Below, piece by piece: positions 1 through 13,679 of a stretch of 64,000 nucleotides of DNA. A model generated the notes under the pieces. The model was not told the origin of the DNA. It ran no database searches and saw only the letters and a program-made list of their open reading frames with translations. A program made the position numbers and the translations under genes. The DNA comes from Balanoglossus misakiensis (lineage: Eukaryota > Animalia > Hemichordata), in contig CM082580.2 of assembly GCA_040954595.2 (NCBI GenBank), forward strand, positions 4,826,783 through 4,890,782. The letters are read 5' to 3'. Within the stretch, counting starts at the first letter, position 1. Each line of letters starts with the position of its first letter.

Positions 1-2569
1 TGACCTTGTCTTTATAGGACTGAAAAAAAATCAAACTACTGTATCCTTGAAAATATTTAATTCCTGATTTTCTGATTTTGGTTTCACACATAGTATATCA
101 TCAGATACCTCGGTTGACTTTTGTATGGTCGTTTGAATGGTGTTTTCTTGACAGTGATTTGGTAAACCGAACTTCTCATATTGAGTGGCAACCGGGACCA
201 GGGCCAGCATATTGCATCCACACATGTAAATTTAGTCTAACACAGTTTCGATGCCAGATCTGAACTGTCCGGACTAAACTAGTCTCAGCCAGCTCTGTTC
301 TGACATATGTTCGAATTGATACATGGAGCCCAATCAAAACCTACATCTTTGCACGCTTTGTAGGGCAGGCACTGTTGTGAACTCCACTTACTGACAAGCT
401 ATTTATTCTGATAACTTGATGATTTTACAACTGTCCAAAGTTCAGTACTGGCAATTTTGGAGGCCAAAATATATGGCGAACAAGAAGATTAGTTGTGCAT
501 CAGAAAGAAATTATATAAAGTTTGTGATGACAGTACCATCAATAATGTCACTATTAAGTTTATGAACAATCTGTCTTGGAACTCAGTTGCTAGTATTCTG
601 CTATGTATTATGATATAATTTTACTATTCTCCAAGTGTTTACCACATTGACCTAAGCCTTAGCAATGCTCATAGTCAGTAGACTACCGTACAACACCAGT
701 TTTGGTTCAGTTGCAGCCTTCTAGAGCACAAAAAATTGTTAGGAATGACTTAACCAATTACTGTACAGATCTTGTGTGCATTGTAGACATACATTAGTGA
801 CTCAATCTAGCAAAAGTATAGAACCTTTAGGGTACCAGTGAGAAAATCACTGATTAATTTGCCAAAGGTTACAGCGATATGAAAACTCTAATAATATATT
901 AGGCCATCATTACAAGCTGTTACATGGAAATAAAAATTTACGTGTAATCACCAGCATCATTGCGGATTAAAACTATAAAAAGATGAGGGATATAATTTCA
1001 ATTGAAAAATTATTTCAAAAAATCTGATCAAACACAGCTTGGGAATTTACCATATTCACTGTGGTTATTCTGCCGCTGTTTTATTTGGATTTAGATTCTT
1101 TTACTAAAATTCCTCATAATGATTGTAAAATTGATAATAATTATAGTTATCTGAGAATAGTGGGTAATTTAGTGCACCAGGATTCTGTATGTAGACAGTA
1201 GACATGAATACTTGTAACACGGGAATGACCAAGGGATGATTTTCTATGATTAATAAATATGTTTGACAATATTAAAAACCCAGAAGTAGTAGTTTACAAT
1301 AATATTGCATAAGGCTAAATGAATTTCTTATATGTAATATTTACATCTCAAAGCTCCTTGATTGTAATTATTCGTTAACAGGTGGAAAGTCATCACTCAT
1401 TGATAGGTTTATACTGTAGGAAGATAGGGGTTAGCTAATACTGAATTTAAAGACAAGTGTTTCAAGTAACATCTGATTTTATCATGAATGAGAGATCTTC
1501 ATTTGTCCAGTGCAGTGGTGAAAGAACACAGTTGAAGGTACACATTCAACAAGAAACTATAAATCGGGTACAGTTGGTGTTTGAGTGTAGTTTTGAAATG
1601 TCACAGTCCAGTGATAGAGGAGGGACCGTGGAAATGTGTATTTAAGATTATTGCAAGCTCTTCATCCGATGTAAAACTCAATTTCTCAGAAATAAGTCAA
1701 AATATTGAGAACTTTTCCAGAAATGGATCCTGTTGTTGAGGCCTTCACCAAGTGTGGTGATTACCGCCCCCCTACCCTGATTCCTCCCACACCCCTCCCC
1801 CACACAGTAAAACTTGTAGAGCTTGAAACATGAAACGATTGTATGATGTGTGGGGAGTGTATTCATTGCTTGAGGATGTGAATATAGCTTGTGTGGAAAT
1901 TGCATGCATCATTCATAACGGTTAACCTACTCTTTACCCTTCATACAAAATGTCAAATATACAGTTACTGTCCACTGTATGCCATAATAACTGTCACGAA
2001 ATCAAACAACATTTACTGGTGCTGTTTGAGGAGAAATAATATGCTAACTCGATCCAACTTTTGAGTACATCACTCTTTTTCTTAATTAATCATTGAAAAA
2101 TATAGAATTATGCTCTTTTATGCCGTTCTTTAAATTCTTCCGAATGTTGACGTGTCGTCATGAGATATGTGTTCAACTGCCATCAAAATCACAATACAGC
2201 AGATTTCATGTTAGTTTGCTGTTTCTTTGTGTAGCAAGCACACAAAATGTGAATGAAACATGTTTATCTGACACATACACATACAACTTTGTACATTGGC
2301 ATGAGAGACTTTGACCGATATTACGCAAAGTGTACACAGATGTAGACTTGTTTAGGATACAGTTTGACAAAATGTTCGCCAACATCACTCAAAACCATTG
2401 GGCAACCATCATGATGATGCTTTTCTGTGTTCTGTTTGATACAAATTGTTTGTGCTGAACAATAAAACTAACATGGTAAAAAAAATGGCGACCGAACCTG
2501 AAATTATATGTAGGTTGCAACCAAAGTAATCCTTCCTAACAGGTAAATCTTCATTTTGATTTGATCCAG

Positions 2570-2807
2570 GTCTATTGACTGCTAGCCCTTCTAACAACCC
2601 CAGTGGCGATGGTGAATCCAACAAACGGATATCTCTAGGAGAGATCGAAATCTCCAAAGAAGCTACCTTGGAAGATTTGAAATGTCTAGTGATGACCCTC
2701 CCACAGATGCTGGAGATATCGCCACCCACTATTAAATTCGTTCGACTCAGACTGCTGGAGCACGACAGACCAACCAGGATTCTCAGAAACTTGGAGCAGA
2801 ATTTGAA
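2570..2807 (+). CDS. USP40: USP40-like ubiquitin-specific protease, internal exon (first visible; upstream exons lie outside the window or were not recognised)
   Basis: Acceptor ttgatccag|G, donor AA|gtgagt. Translates ...SLGEIEISKEATLEDLKCLVMTLP...PTRILR, matching the recalled vertebrate USP40 motif LGDIEISEDATLAELKSQAMTLP. Confidence 0.88.
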
Positions 2808-3070
2808 GTGAGTAGGCACCCACTCCTGCTGCGATGAACACATCTAACACAGAGTCAACTTTTGGAAACAGATAGTGAACGAGAGAAATATTTGAGCCAG
2901 AACGTGCAGTAGTATTTCTGTGTTTACAGTTTTGCTTAATTCTCTTAATTAAATGAAATGGCATAGTACAAGAGAAAAATTCTAGATCAGCGATAGGCTG
3001 TTGTCTTTACCTGTGTGTTGCTACTGATAGATGACTAAACTAACTTGTATGGGTTTTTTTCCACATGCAG

Positions 3071-3136
3071 AAGACAAAAACTAACGAACGGTTGCAAGCT
3101 TTGTGTTCAAGTACTTCCCCAGGAAGAAGACCTGAA
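3071..3136 (+). CDS. USP40: USP40-like exon (RQKLTNGCKLCVQVLPQEEDL)
   Basis: atgcag|A ... GAA|gtaag; 66 nt, phase 2/2, fits both neighbouring exons; resembles USP40 YKLGRRIEICLEPLQKGENL. Confidence 0.85.
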
Positions 3137-3773
3137 GTAAGAATTCTTATCAAATTCGGACTATTTTTATCTGGTGACTTTTTGTGCTTCAACTGAATTA
3201 ATCAAACAGACGTCTATTCTATAATGTGTCTGTTGAACGTTCAGTGCCATTGACTCCAAACATTCAGCATTTACTACTTTTTGTAGCAAATGGTGAATGG
3301 CTCTTGGACTATATGTGTACCAGCTTGTCTTCAGGGTCACTTTTGAGAATGGTGGCCAATACTCGGCCTTAGCACAAAACAATGGCCCTCATTATGAATG
3401 CAGGACAGCTCAATTCTCATTTAGGCCCAGGGACCTCAGATAGGTTATGTTCCCTGAGCGCTATGATTGTGACAATCTTTCAAAACATCCCAGGTAATTT
3501 GTAAACGTGAACTGCTGGAGTTGTGCCAGTTTTTGCTCGAGTATTGGCACATTGGCCAAAATAAAAAGGGTAGATTAGAAGTACATGTACTGACGATTCA
3601 TTGCTTGCACAATACAGACTTTGTGCCAAATCAATCTTAACACTTAAGGAATCAGTAGGCATATATATGGGCTTCAGTTAGATTGATAGAGAGATGCCCA
3701 GAGCTTTCATAAATAAAAGAAGTAGCGGCCATATTAAGTTTTTGGTTTCATTTTTGGACCTTGTCAATTTCAG

Positions 3774-3999
3774 TCACAACGTCATAGTGCTCAATATCTG
3801 CCAGAGGATACCAGATACAAGGACCTACTTAGCCGAAGAAGAGTTTATATGGGACGTCTGCAAGGGTGCTTCACCTTCCTGGCTGAAACAGAAGATAGCT
3901 GATAGATTTGCGATGCCTGTTGAACACGTCAAGATTGCCAAGCATTTTGCGGAGAAGTTTGAGTGGATGGTGATACAAAGTGCGGCCAGTAACCCTCAT
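3774..3999 (+). CDS. USP40: USP40-like exon (...QRIPDTRTY...IAKHFAEKFEW...)
   Basis: tttcag|T ... CAT|gtaagt; matches USP40 RIPGERTY and IEIAKYFPEKFEW. Confidence 0.9.
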
Positions 4000-4379
4000 G
4001 TAAGTCTCTAAAACCTATTAGCGCAAAGACTGATGTGGTCTTTGTCACTGATGATGGGCAAGCATACAAATCAAGCAGTACAGGGGTAGAGTGGTATTTA
4101 TTTCAGTTGTTACACAAGCATTGTCCTGGATAGGATTAAAAAGCTGCTGGTCATGTTCATAAATGTGCAGAACTTGATGGCATGTTTCCGTTCCATTATG
4201 ATTTTCTTCAGTATCTCCACAATCTATTGGCTATGCGGGGACTATGTCATTGACAATGACTTGCTCTCATGGTGTTGGACAGTGTACAAAGAAGGTACTC
4301 GAGGTATATGGTAATAATTTGGTTTTATGAGCAGTCATTTTTTCTGTTGCTGATATTTACTCCAATTTCTTCTTCCAAG

Positions 4380-4493
4380 TGGCAGGGCGGAAAAGGAAAA
4401 CAGACGAAGGGAAAGAGGAAAGGGAACGTACCCAAAGTGAATCTACGACAGGCTCCGTATCACCTGAAAGATGGAGATACCATTGGTGTACTG
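4380..4493 (+). CDS. USP40: USP40-like exon (WQGGKGKQTKGKRKGNVPKVNLRQAPYHLKDGDTIGVL)
   Basis: ttccaag|TGG (in-frame alternative acceptor cag|4386 possible) ... CTG|gtgagt; matches USP40 LQGAPYYLKDGDTIGV. Confidence 0.9.
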
Positions 4494-5734
4494 GTGAGTA
4501 GGTGTACTGACCCAGTTGCCATTGAAATTTTCATACATGTATAGTCAAAAGCATCTCTGAATTATGGATGTTTCATGATGCACCGGGGGTATGTCAATAA
4601 GTAGCATAAATTTAACAGTAACTGACCAAAAATGTCTAAAGACCCAAAAAACATAAATTTATGAAATGTTGTTTTATTACTATTTCTTTCTACATTTCAT
4701 ACCTGTTTATGATTGTCAAGATGTTAAATTCTTTTATTGTCATTTTGCTTGAGATGACAAACATCTTTTCAATTAATTTGAATGTTTGGCAAAAAAATAT
4801 ATCAACACTAGCACACATGAGTTGGTCATTATATGATCACTTTGCCAAGTTACAATTCACAAATCAGCAAGACTTATTTCAGAATGCATGCCCACCCCAT
4901 TCCAATCATAAATAGCTTTACTGTTACCGTAATTCAACATGAATTTGTAGTGCTAGTAAAGTCATGCATACAATGATATGATTGGTATTACCAAACCATA
5001 GCATGTTGGTGTAGAAAAAAAAATACGAGAGATGAATCTTCATTTCAAAAATACCTTCATAGCTTAAACATAATCCCTGTAATCTCAATCATTTTGATCT
5101 GTGAAATATGGAATTGCTAGCCGTCTTGTTTACAGATGCTATCAGAATACCAGCTATACAGAGAGCAATACTGTAACACATTCATTATATACAGGAGTGA
5201 TATAAGAAAGTTGCAATCTGAGTATAGAACAGTTGAAATTTCAGTGTGATTTGGACATAATCAAAGATCAGATATCACATCAGTGGGGGAGTATACATGA
5301 CACAAATCCTCAATACCGTGTCATTGATTGAGTGAAGTTCATGAGATTGTCAAATTTTCGCGTTAAAATGATATATTGCAAAATGTGAGCAATTAATTAA
5401 TGGTCGTGTTATTGTCTCTGCTTCTCATGTCCATTAGCAAGATGTGTGGGTATCTATGCATTTGCCAAGGTCAAGGACGACGCAGCAGCACAGTCAATAT
5501 CATCCCAAAGTGAAATTTGCATATGAATAGGCATTGAACTCAGACTGAGTAAAATCAGATAAAGCCAACCAAAATGGCTGACAGAAATTCTACCTTTTAC
5601 GCATGATAGATTCGCTCTTTGTGAATCACAGCAAAGAATTGATCGAGAGTGCTCTGTGCTGATGCCATGATCAGATGGTGCTAAGCTAAATCTACACTAG
5701 GTGTCAGATCGTCAGCCACACGATTATGGGTCAT

Positions 5735-5810
5735 TTAACCCTTTCACCCCCAGTTCCCTCTTTAGAGGTCCAACCTCACCATAGAAAACAATGGATATGA
5801 ACTGCACCAT
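5735..5810. mobile_element. Partial copy of a TTAA-CCCTTTCACC (piggyBac-like) MITE
   Basis: ttaaccctttcacccccagt...catagaaaacaatggat is homologous to the reverse complement of the complete copy at 39821-39911; a further end fragment is at 7834-7850. Confidence 0.65.
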
Positions 5811-6579
5811 TCACATTTCAGCAAGGGAGGAGGCTCTAGGCCACAGTGAGATGCATGGCAGTTTTAGAACTCATAAATTGTGGTCCAGGAGAGATATGCA
5901 CGATAAGAAGAACCTACCCAGTAATAAGGAAATGTCTTGAAAAGTCCAGACAAATTTTACTTTTATATTAAAGATTCGCCCACTATTGTTGGTGTGTAAA
6001 ACATTCCTAGGTTTACTGTCACCTTCAAAGGGGCAAAGTTGCTCACTTTTGGTATTTTATTTGAATGTTGTTCTTCTCACTGAAACATGCCATATTTTGC
6101 CTCAACTTATCTCACCTCTGTACATGTATATGGATGTAACTTGTTAATATTGATCATTAATTCTAGGTCAGTACCAAAAATTGTGTCGCAGTAGTAAATC
6201 ACATTATTATTATATCTATCTACAGTATAACCTGAGTTGAGTCATGTCAACTGGTGATTGGGTATATGTCTGACAGTGAGCAGAACAATGAACAATCTAT
6301 CATTAGACACTGAAATAGAGCAACTTGGCTTCTAGGCTTCTTGTTTAACACTCTGCTTCTGGGCTCATGCAATCTAATCGTATGAGGTCTGGTATCTTGT
6401 TGAGAATGAAATTGAATAACCCCGAAATATCGTGGAAGTCGCCCTCATTTGCCTCTGTGGAGGTCCAAGTTAACTATGGAAAACAGTGGAATTGGACAGA
6501 ACCGTGGTGATCAAAATGGGCCAATTTTGTAGAAAGCAGTGATGTTAGATCATGTACAATCAAGGTGCAACAGTCAAAG

Positions 6580-6785
6580 TGATTGAATGATTTTATTTTT
6601 GTATTTTCTGTCAATTTCTGACTGAGCTCACCGGTAATGTGAAGAAAACAATTTGTTAGAGTTACCAGGGCCTTGAAAATCGATTTGCATTGTGCAGGGT
6701 TTGAACCCAGACCTACCGCACCAAACCAGGTAGCAAGCAAGTCTGTGCATAAAACTACCGGTATTAGACCATACCACTTCCCCCA
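6580..6785 (-). mobile_element. Possible tRNA-derived SINE (degenerate)
   Basis: Minus strand shows an A-box-like TGGTCTAATACCGG (6771-6758) and a B-box GGGTTCAAACCC (6708-6697) about 50 nt apart, then an A-rich tail; no clean cloverleaf. Confidence 0.4.
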
Positions 6786-6842
6786 CAAAGGGTGTTTCAA
6801 TAATGTAGATGAGTCATGAGCTTGTCCTTACTCACACAATCC

Positions 6843-6975
6843 ATAGTGGCCACCCCTATATAGCAGTTCGACCGTCACCTCTATATAGTGGCCACTTTGT
6901 TAAAGTCCCTGTGCAATTTACATGTGTGTTAATTAACTTCAATATAAAGGTCAGCTCTCTATAAAGGCCAGTTTA
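6843..6975. mobile_element. Degenerate internal copy of the MITE at 8637-8785
   Basis: Shares agtccctgt.caatttacatgtgt...attaac and ctataaaggccagttt with 8637-8785. Confidence 0.6.
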
Positions 6976-8518
6976 GAAACTGTTTTGCTACAGCTTGTGA
7001 AATCTGGCGAGTTAATGCTTCTAATAGCTAGCCTTAAAACGTTTTTCCTGCACTGGGTGCATGTCCAGAAATCACTTCATCCAATCCAGCTTTTGGTATA
7101 AAACAGTCTGTTATACCAGTATGTCAAATGTCACATTAATAGACCACGTGTTTCATCATTGAAGATTATACACCACTTTCATGAATGTGACAAAACAGAC
7201 ACAGTTTCTTTCTCATGACATAACAATGACACAGTGTCTCGGTAGAACTGTAACTCTAATCTTTTACCAGAATATAACATGATATTAATAAATTTGATTA
7301 TGATAGGCTTGTGTTACTAAACTGCATTGAGAGCCGACTCAAGGTAACCCAGTGTAACCAGTCACCCAGACTACAGAATCAGTCCAAAATGGTACCTCTA
7401 AAGAGTTGTTTTTTATAAAAAGGTGAAGCTTTTAATTGAAACGGACAGGAGGATTTATTGGTAGTACTTAGTCCCAAGAGACGCGCGGCAGTAAAAAGCA
7501 AGAAAAGTGAAGCCTGAATGTTTTGTTTACACTGGGAGACTCCGTCCTTGGGTGCATGCACCAGTAACCGACTGAAGTCAAAAGAGCCAATACAAGTAAA
7601 CACTGCAATCTTCACCAGCCACTTTTAGATGTTCCCAAGGTCGTCTGGTGCATCTTTCATGAGATGTACATTTTTTCCGCCTTCCAGCTCGGATTACATT
7701 TTGTGCGCTATCAAAAACATATCAGAAGATTGATAAAAGAAATCACCTTCAGCAATCTTGTTAGCCTTGCAGTTTTTAATGCCAGGAAATACTGTTTATA
7801 TCGTGTGCATATGAAGCTGGATTTAATAGAGCCTTAACCCTTTCACCCCTATGTGTCTCAAAGAAGTCTAAAGCTTTGCCAAACTGTGTCGGCTAAACGT
7901 GGAAAAATATTGGGTTTTGAATCAGACTGGTGAATCATGGCTTGTGTTGATGCACAGTCATTCCCTCACTTACCTTGGTGATTTTTGAGGCAAAATTCCT
8001 ATGATATTACAGGTATAAATATCTATGTGAAAGTTTTGGCCGTTCTCCTGATCTATAATATCTGAATATTCATGTATGTAGCACATTGCGTACACCTTTT
8101 CTGCCAGCAAGTTCAACTTGACAAAATTGGATTAAAATTTTACACATGATGGATCACAATGCATTGTAAGTTATCATGTTTCGATTTGAGCAATTATCAC
8201 CAATCTTTTATACCAATTTACGTTTTTGGAATTTCAAAGATTAGAAATAACTGCACCAATTCCCTTGTCAGCTGTATTATTTTATATTGTCTTCTTTTTG
8301 GTCCATTTTGTGATGTCTGTGAGCTGTGATGAACGCCATGTCACATTCTCTGTGGCAACAGTTGGAATTTATCAAACTCTTGTGAGTGGAATGTTTAAAC
8401 AGGTTCAACTTGAGGTCATTGACCTGCCTGACCCAAGAAAAGCACAGAGAATCATCATTTTAAGGAAAATTGTAAGATTTATATATCCTGTAATTGGTGT
8501 CTGATGTATTTCTTGCAG

Positions 8519-8619
8519 GATTTGAGAAGTGATTCACTGAACAAGGATGATTTCACAACACTGGAAGATGACGTCGGCAAAGAAACTCTCAAAAGGCAAG
8601 CAGAAGAAAGAAAGAAGAG
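8519..8619 (+). CDS. USP40: USP40-like exon (DLRSDSLNKDDFTTLEDDVGKETLKRQAEERKKR)
   Basis: ttgcag|GAT ... AG|gtaaaa; phase 0/2 consistent; matches USP40 DDFSTIRDDTGKE. Confidence 0.87.
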
Positions 8620-8636
8620 GTAAAAAACACATGTAC

Positions 8637-8785
8637 TACAGTCAAACCTGTGTTAGTGACCACCTAGTTACAGTCCCTGTACAATTTACATGTGTATAAA
8701 TTAACCTGTCCATAAAGACCACCTGTCTATAAAGGCCAGTTTGGTAAAGTCCCTTGACTGGCCACTATAGACAGGTTTGACTGTG
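8637..8785. mobile_element. Tc1/pogo-like MITE (TIR CAGTCAAACCTGT)
   Basis: ta-cagtcaaacctgt ... acaggtttgactg-tg; TA target duplication mutated on one side; end fragment also near 10054-10068. Confidence 0.75.
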
Positions 8786-10325
8786 CTAGGTTTGTTGCAT
8801 CTTGTCTCCACAGCACTGATTTGTGATTTTTATGTTTTGCACTGTTGTTGTGGTGTAAAGCTTAAATCTTGAAATTGTGTTCCCAAAGGACAAACCAGTC
8901 ATGACAAACAGACTGATATTATAAGTTTGCATGTTAATGATGATGTCGTGTGGTAAATGCTTTTGAGAAAATGTCAAGTGGTATAACATGTTTGTCAAGT
9001 GGAACATATACGTCATCAATTAATTTGCATGTCTTAGTCATTAAAATTGTCACATATTATTGTTTTTTAGATGATATGGTAACATTTTATCTGGATGAGG
9101 TTAGACTTTATTGAATGAAATGTAATCAAATCGTAATTGTATTTTGGATATAAAAATAGATGTCTTTATGTGGGAGGCGATATTTATATTAATTTATTCA
9201 TAGGTACAGTCATCAATAATTTAATTATAATGAACAATAGGTGGTGTATGAATATTCATGATTGCGAACTGCTAGATGTTGATATATGACACATAGTTGC
9301 GTGCTACGTATATGCTGGGCCATTCACAGGAAAGGAGAAAGTCATGATGCATGCACAAGTTTTTCACTTGCAAAAGAGTGAAATTTATTCAACAAATCAG
9401 GATCTATAGCTCCCATATGCATTCCCAGGTCAAAATTCATACCTCTTATTCTTTCAGCATGCAAATCAATCTGCTGTGGATTTTTCAAGTGACTCCTGAG
9501 GAAACTACGCAAACAGCACACTTTCTTCTAATACCGTGATTGGCTAATGTTTCAAGCAATCGCATTCTGTCGGCAGATAGCCAATCACAGTATTGCTAAC
9601 TGTCAAGTGTGTGGCTTAGGTAGAATGAATGTGCACACTTCATGTAGAAAGACCAGGTCCCCTCAGAAATCCTGATCTTTTGTTAAAAATGTGTGAATTA
9701 TTGTAAAGTCATCCTGGTAAAATGTTGACGTCAGTGTTTTCTACAGCTTCTGAGGTAAATACTACATCTTGCTTTGAAACAAAGTTGTACTTACTTATTG
9801 CCATGGCAAAAAAAATAAAACAATGCTTGTAGACACGAGAGTGAAAAAACTTGCCAAAATGAATAATCAGGCTCTACAGTTTATCCATTTTGGCCAGATT
9901 TTTACTCCCATATCCTACAAACGGACTGGAAGTTGTGTGTGATCGAACATCGATTCACTATATATCCACATGTAGAATAACATAAACGGTGTCTTGTATC
10001 AAACATAATTAATGGAAAAAGGGCTGCGAGAGAGAGACTTTATCCCTTAAAGGACAGGTTTCACTGTACCTGTTTTTAGAGCAGGAGACAAAACAGATAT
10101 TTCATCAAGTCTATGCAAAGAGAATTGTGACAATAACAATGCACTCTGGGAAAGCTTTACAACTACAGTAGAGTAATATTTACCTTCTTGTGTTTATCCT
10201 GAACGGCCAGGTTTCCTGCATGACAGCAAAATGTTGAAGGAAGACCTAAGAATAGAAAGAGTCTACATGCGTGTACACATACGTGTACACAGATTAAAGC
10301 TGTATTTTTGGCGTTTCAATTACAG

Positions 10326-10437
10326 GAGGAAGGAAAACCGTGCCAAGAATGAAGAATTCAGCAGTGATGAGAAGGAGAAATCCCAGACCAAAAAACCAGA
10401 AGTTGGAATTCGGATTCACGTTGGTGATTTTCGATAA
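10326..10437 (+). CDS. USP40: USP40-like terminal coding exon (...PEVGIRIHVGDFR*)
   Basis: ttacag|G acceptor in phase 2, TAA stop at 10435-10437; C-terminus matches USP40 PETSLSIHVGSFR*. Confidence 0.9.
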
Positions 10438-13400
10438 ATTTGGATTCTGTGCTGAAAGTCGAGCTTGCTGTAAGGAACCATGATGGACATAGGGGAATAG
10501 TGTACCTTGAATGAGACATGGATGCATTTCCATGAAGAGAAGAAAAACTGATCTTCCCACACTTTCCGTGGATCCATTCCATTGCATCGGCAACTGCTCA
10601 TTTACATATTACCCGATGACGTCATTTCTGTCAGTTTCCACATTATGGTGCCAAAGAGGTGTGGCCTGCTGCATTATCCAGCCAATCAGGGAGGGTGTGA
10701 AGATAGGGTTACAAGTTTGAAGCAGCAGAATGAGGCATAGGAGAGCTGAAGAAAAGGTCAAACTTTTGGAAAGTTGAAGTGCGTTGGTCATTCCAGATTT
10801 CTTATAATTTAAATCATAAAGGATATTCCATAGGTGGGAGAAATTTGAGCAGTTCAACAAGAGGACCATTTGTTTATTCAAAACCTTACGTGCACGGCAG
10901 ACATAGTCATCTTTGCGCATCTGTAGCCTTGATTACCACTCTTTTCTTCAAAAATCAGCATTTTTAGTGCAAATTTCTCCTTTTTTTAAATACTGTTGGT
11001 TATCTCACCATAATTTGTGTACACACTCTGGATATTTTGCTATTGAAACTACCGGTACTACGTTATTATTAAATTAAATGAGAAATGTAAGATTACAAAT
11101 TACAAGTATGAATACTCTTCAAGTAATCATGTGATAGGTTACCTTTAGTGCCATCAATTATCAGGTTGTTAGATTTGAAGAAAAAAATGAAATACTTGTT
11201 TTATCAAACAAAGCTTCAGGCATTCTTGTGCTGGGAAAACCGTATTGATTTCTCCTGACTCTGGTAAATTCCAATTAAGATTTAACAACCGACTAGAGTT
11301 TTGCCACGGTCAGCTTGACTTATCTGTCAAAGCAAATTTGATCCTGTAGCAATCACATCAGAGGGAAATGTGCCTGAGTTTAGAAGAATGACTCTTTGTA
11401 AGTGATATGTTCTGTAATAGTGAATATGGCTCATTGAAATAGAGATTGAATGTTGAAAATACGGTTGTGGCCAAAACTTATTCATAGTCACTGTCTGCTA
11501 TTCATTACAACACAGACAGTACTGTCTATGATTGCAAGAATGATGATTTATTTACAAAGTTCACACAAAATATCTCATGTTTAGCTTATTTTTGTTTAGC
11601 AAACTGGGAAGGTCTTTCAACTCATTGTATGAAACTCCCAGAATGCTGTATGACGGGTCTTGGAAGTTTTGCGCTAATTTTGAAATCACTCTAGAGGAAG
11701 TGTTTTTAGTTTGCATAGGCTCTCTTTGCCTGATCAGTCAGATTTTTGCAAAATGTAGGTATATAAACCTTTAAACTGGCACTGTAAAATCTGCATGTCC
11801 CATAGTCAAGAATTGTTTTATTTTAACCTTCAAAAATCTGTTTCTGTATAATAATATTTAGTTTGCATGAATTCGCTTGAATGGTGAAAGTACTTATTTT
11901 AATACTGAGCTGATTATTCTTGGCATGTTACAGTATTTTTGTCAAATTTACAACAGCATTGTCAATTTATGAAACTAAAGTTCACAATTATTCCACGGTA
12001 TGTGGTTGGTTGACATCATGGTCATTAAAGTACATCAGAGTGGTAGGAATTCAAGCCATTCATAATTCAGGCATATGTATTGTCAACGTGCTATATCGTT
12101 AGGGAAAAAGTTGCAAAAACGTTTACAGTAGTATAACAGTGCAATAAACTGTGGTTCTTGGTACACGATGACCTAACAGTAGACAAATCTGGTGCATTTT
12201 TATTTTGTATTTTTATACTTCATTAGCCATGCTTTACTTCATTGTTTGCTTGCATTGTACTTCAGACCTGTAATGTAACATTTAGTGTATTTGCAAATTG
12301 AGTGCTATTTTCAACCAGATCTTTTCTTAGCTTTACCATAGTTACAGGGTAACATGTTTTTGCCTTCAAGTTATTCAGACGAACCCTGATTATGATATCA
12401 ACATCAAGGAAAGTCTGTTTTTCCAAGCTTATAGCAAATGTAGGTGAATAAAATTACAATTACCTTTCCTGTCAAATTTCATGAGAAATGTGTGCTTTTT
12501 TCTTTAAAAAAGTAATAAAACATTCCTTTGAAATGGCAGCAGTAAGAATTTGCGGTACAAGAACAATGACAATTCCAAAGGTGATATGTATATTACCGAA
12601 TGGTAACATGAAAGCTTGCGAAAAAAAGATATTAAATACTAGTCACTACATGTCACCAGATTTAAGGGTACACTGAACTCTTTACATTGATCTGACACTA
12701 TGTGTCACTATACCTGTTGGATGATGGAGTAAATAAAAAAAAAACGTATTGATAACTGCACCTTGCAAATCAAATTGTATACTTCTGCAATATGAACATG
12801 TGAGCAGATTTGTTGTAATGATAAAAGAACATCTTGTAGAATTAAGTGTTACAACTCTGTAAGGAAATAGAGAAGTAGTGTATTTCATTACTTTTACAAA
12901 AATGGATATTAAATTTTTTCCAACTCAAATCACACTTTTGTCCATTTATTTTGCATTCACCCAATAAAAATATGAAGTTGTTATAAAAATATATTGATAT
13001 AAAGTATGACACTGATGATTGGTATAATTCTGTTACAAAATCTGTTACATCTGAAAATAGTATACAGTTGTGAATAGCATGATTAATATACAGGTGAATA
13101 ATTTAATAGCAAATGATTTTACATTGTTTATAATAATTTCATTGACTGCAACACCAAAACATTGGTGAAGCTGAAAAAGCTAAAAACTTTGTTTCTTGGT
13201 ATAATAGTGTGAAATGTTCGACATCAACACAACTGATGAGTCAGTTGGATAAATAGTAACAAACTTACAAAACCACACTAGGTGACAATAAAGATGATGT
13301 ATATAGTCATTTTTTTCAATGAAAACAAATAATGAAAAACGATTGTAATGTTATTCTGATAATATCCGAGACTTCGCATTTATGGCCAAGATGTGTCTTG

Positions 13401-13679
13401 ACAGTGTTTTGATTAATATAACACCAGAATATTAAAATATATATGAATATGTGCATATAAATTTTCAAAATGTTTTATACATTTTCACAAGCTCAGCTGT
13501 ATTGGTGAAGGATTAAAATGTATTTTAGGGGAAAAGTCAATAGTACATGAATAAAAGTAAAATAGTTTTTCTGATATTCCAACTGTAAATGTCAATATGA
13601 TGTGATCTGTAACTAAAAACAAATTTTCAACCAAATTTGGTAATTTACCAAGCAAGAAAGGTAACCTTGTCGAGATTCA

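Noticed and set aside
1457-1645. ORF that might be an upstream USP40 exon
   Set aside because: No recognisable USP40 similarity and no phase-compatible splice-site pair.
9839-9907. Imperfect inverted repeat in a USP40 intron
   Set aside because: Short, mismatched and without a TSD; probably part of an old repeat that cannot be delimited.
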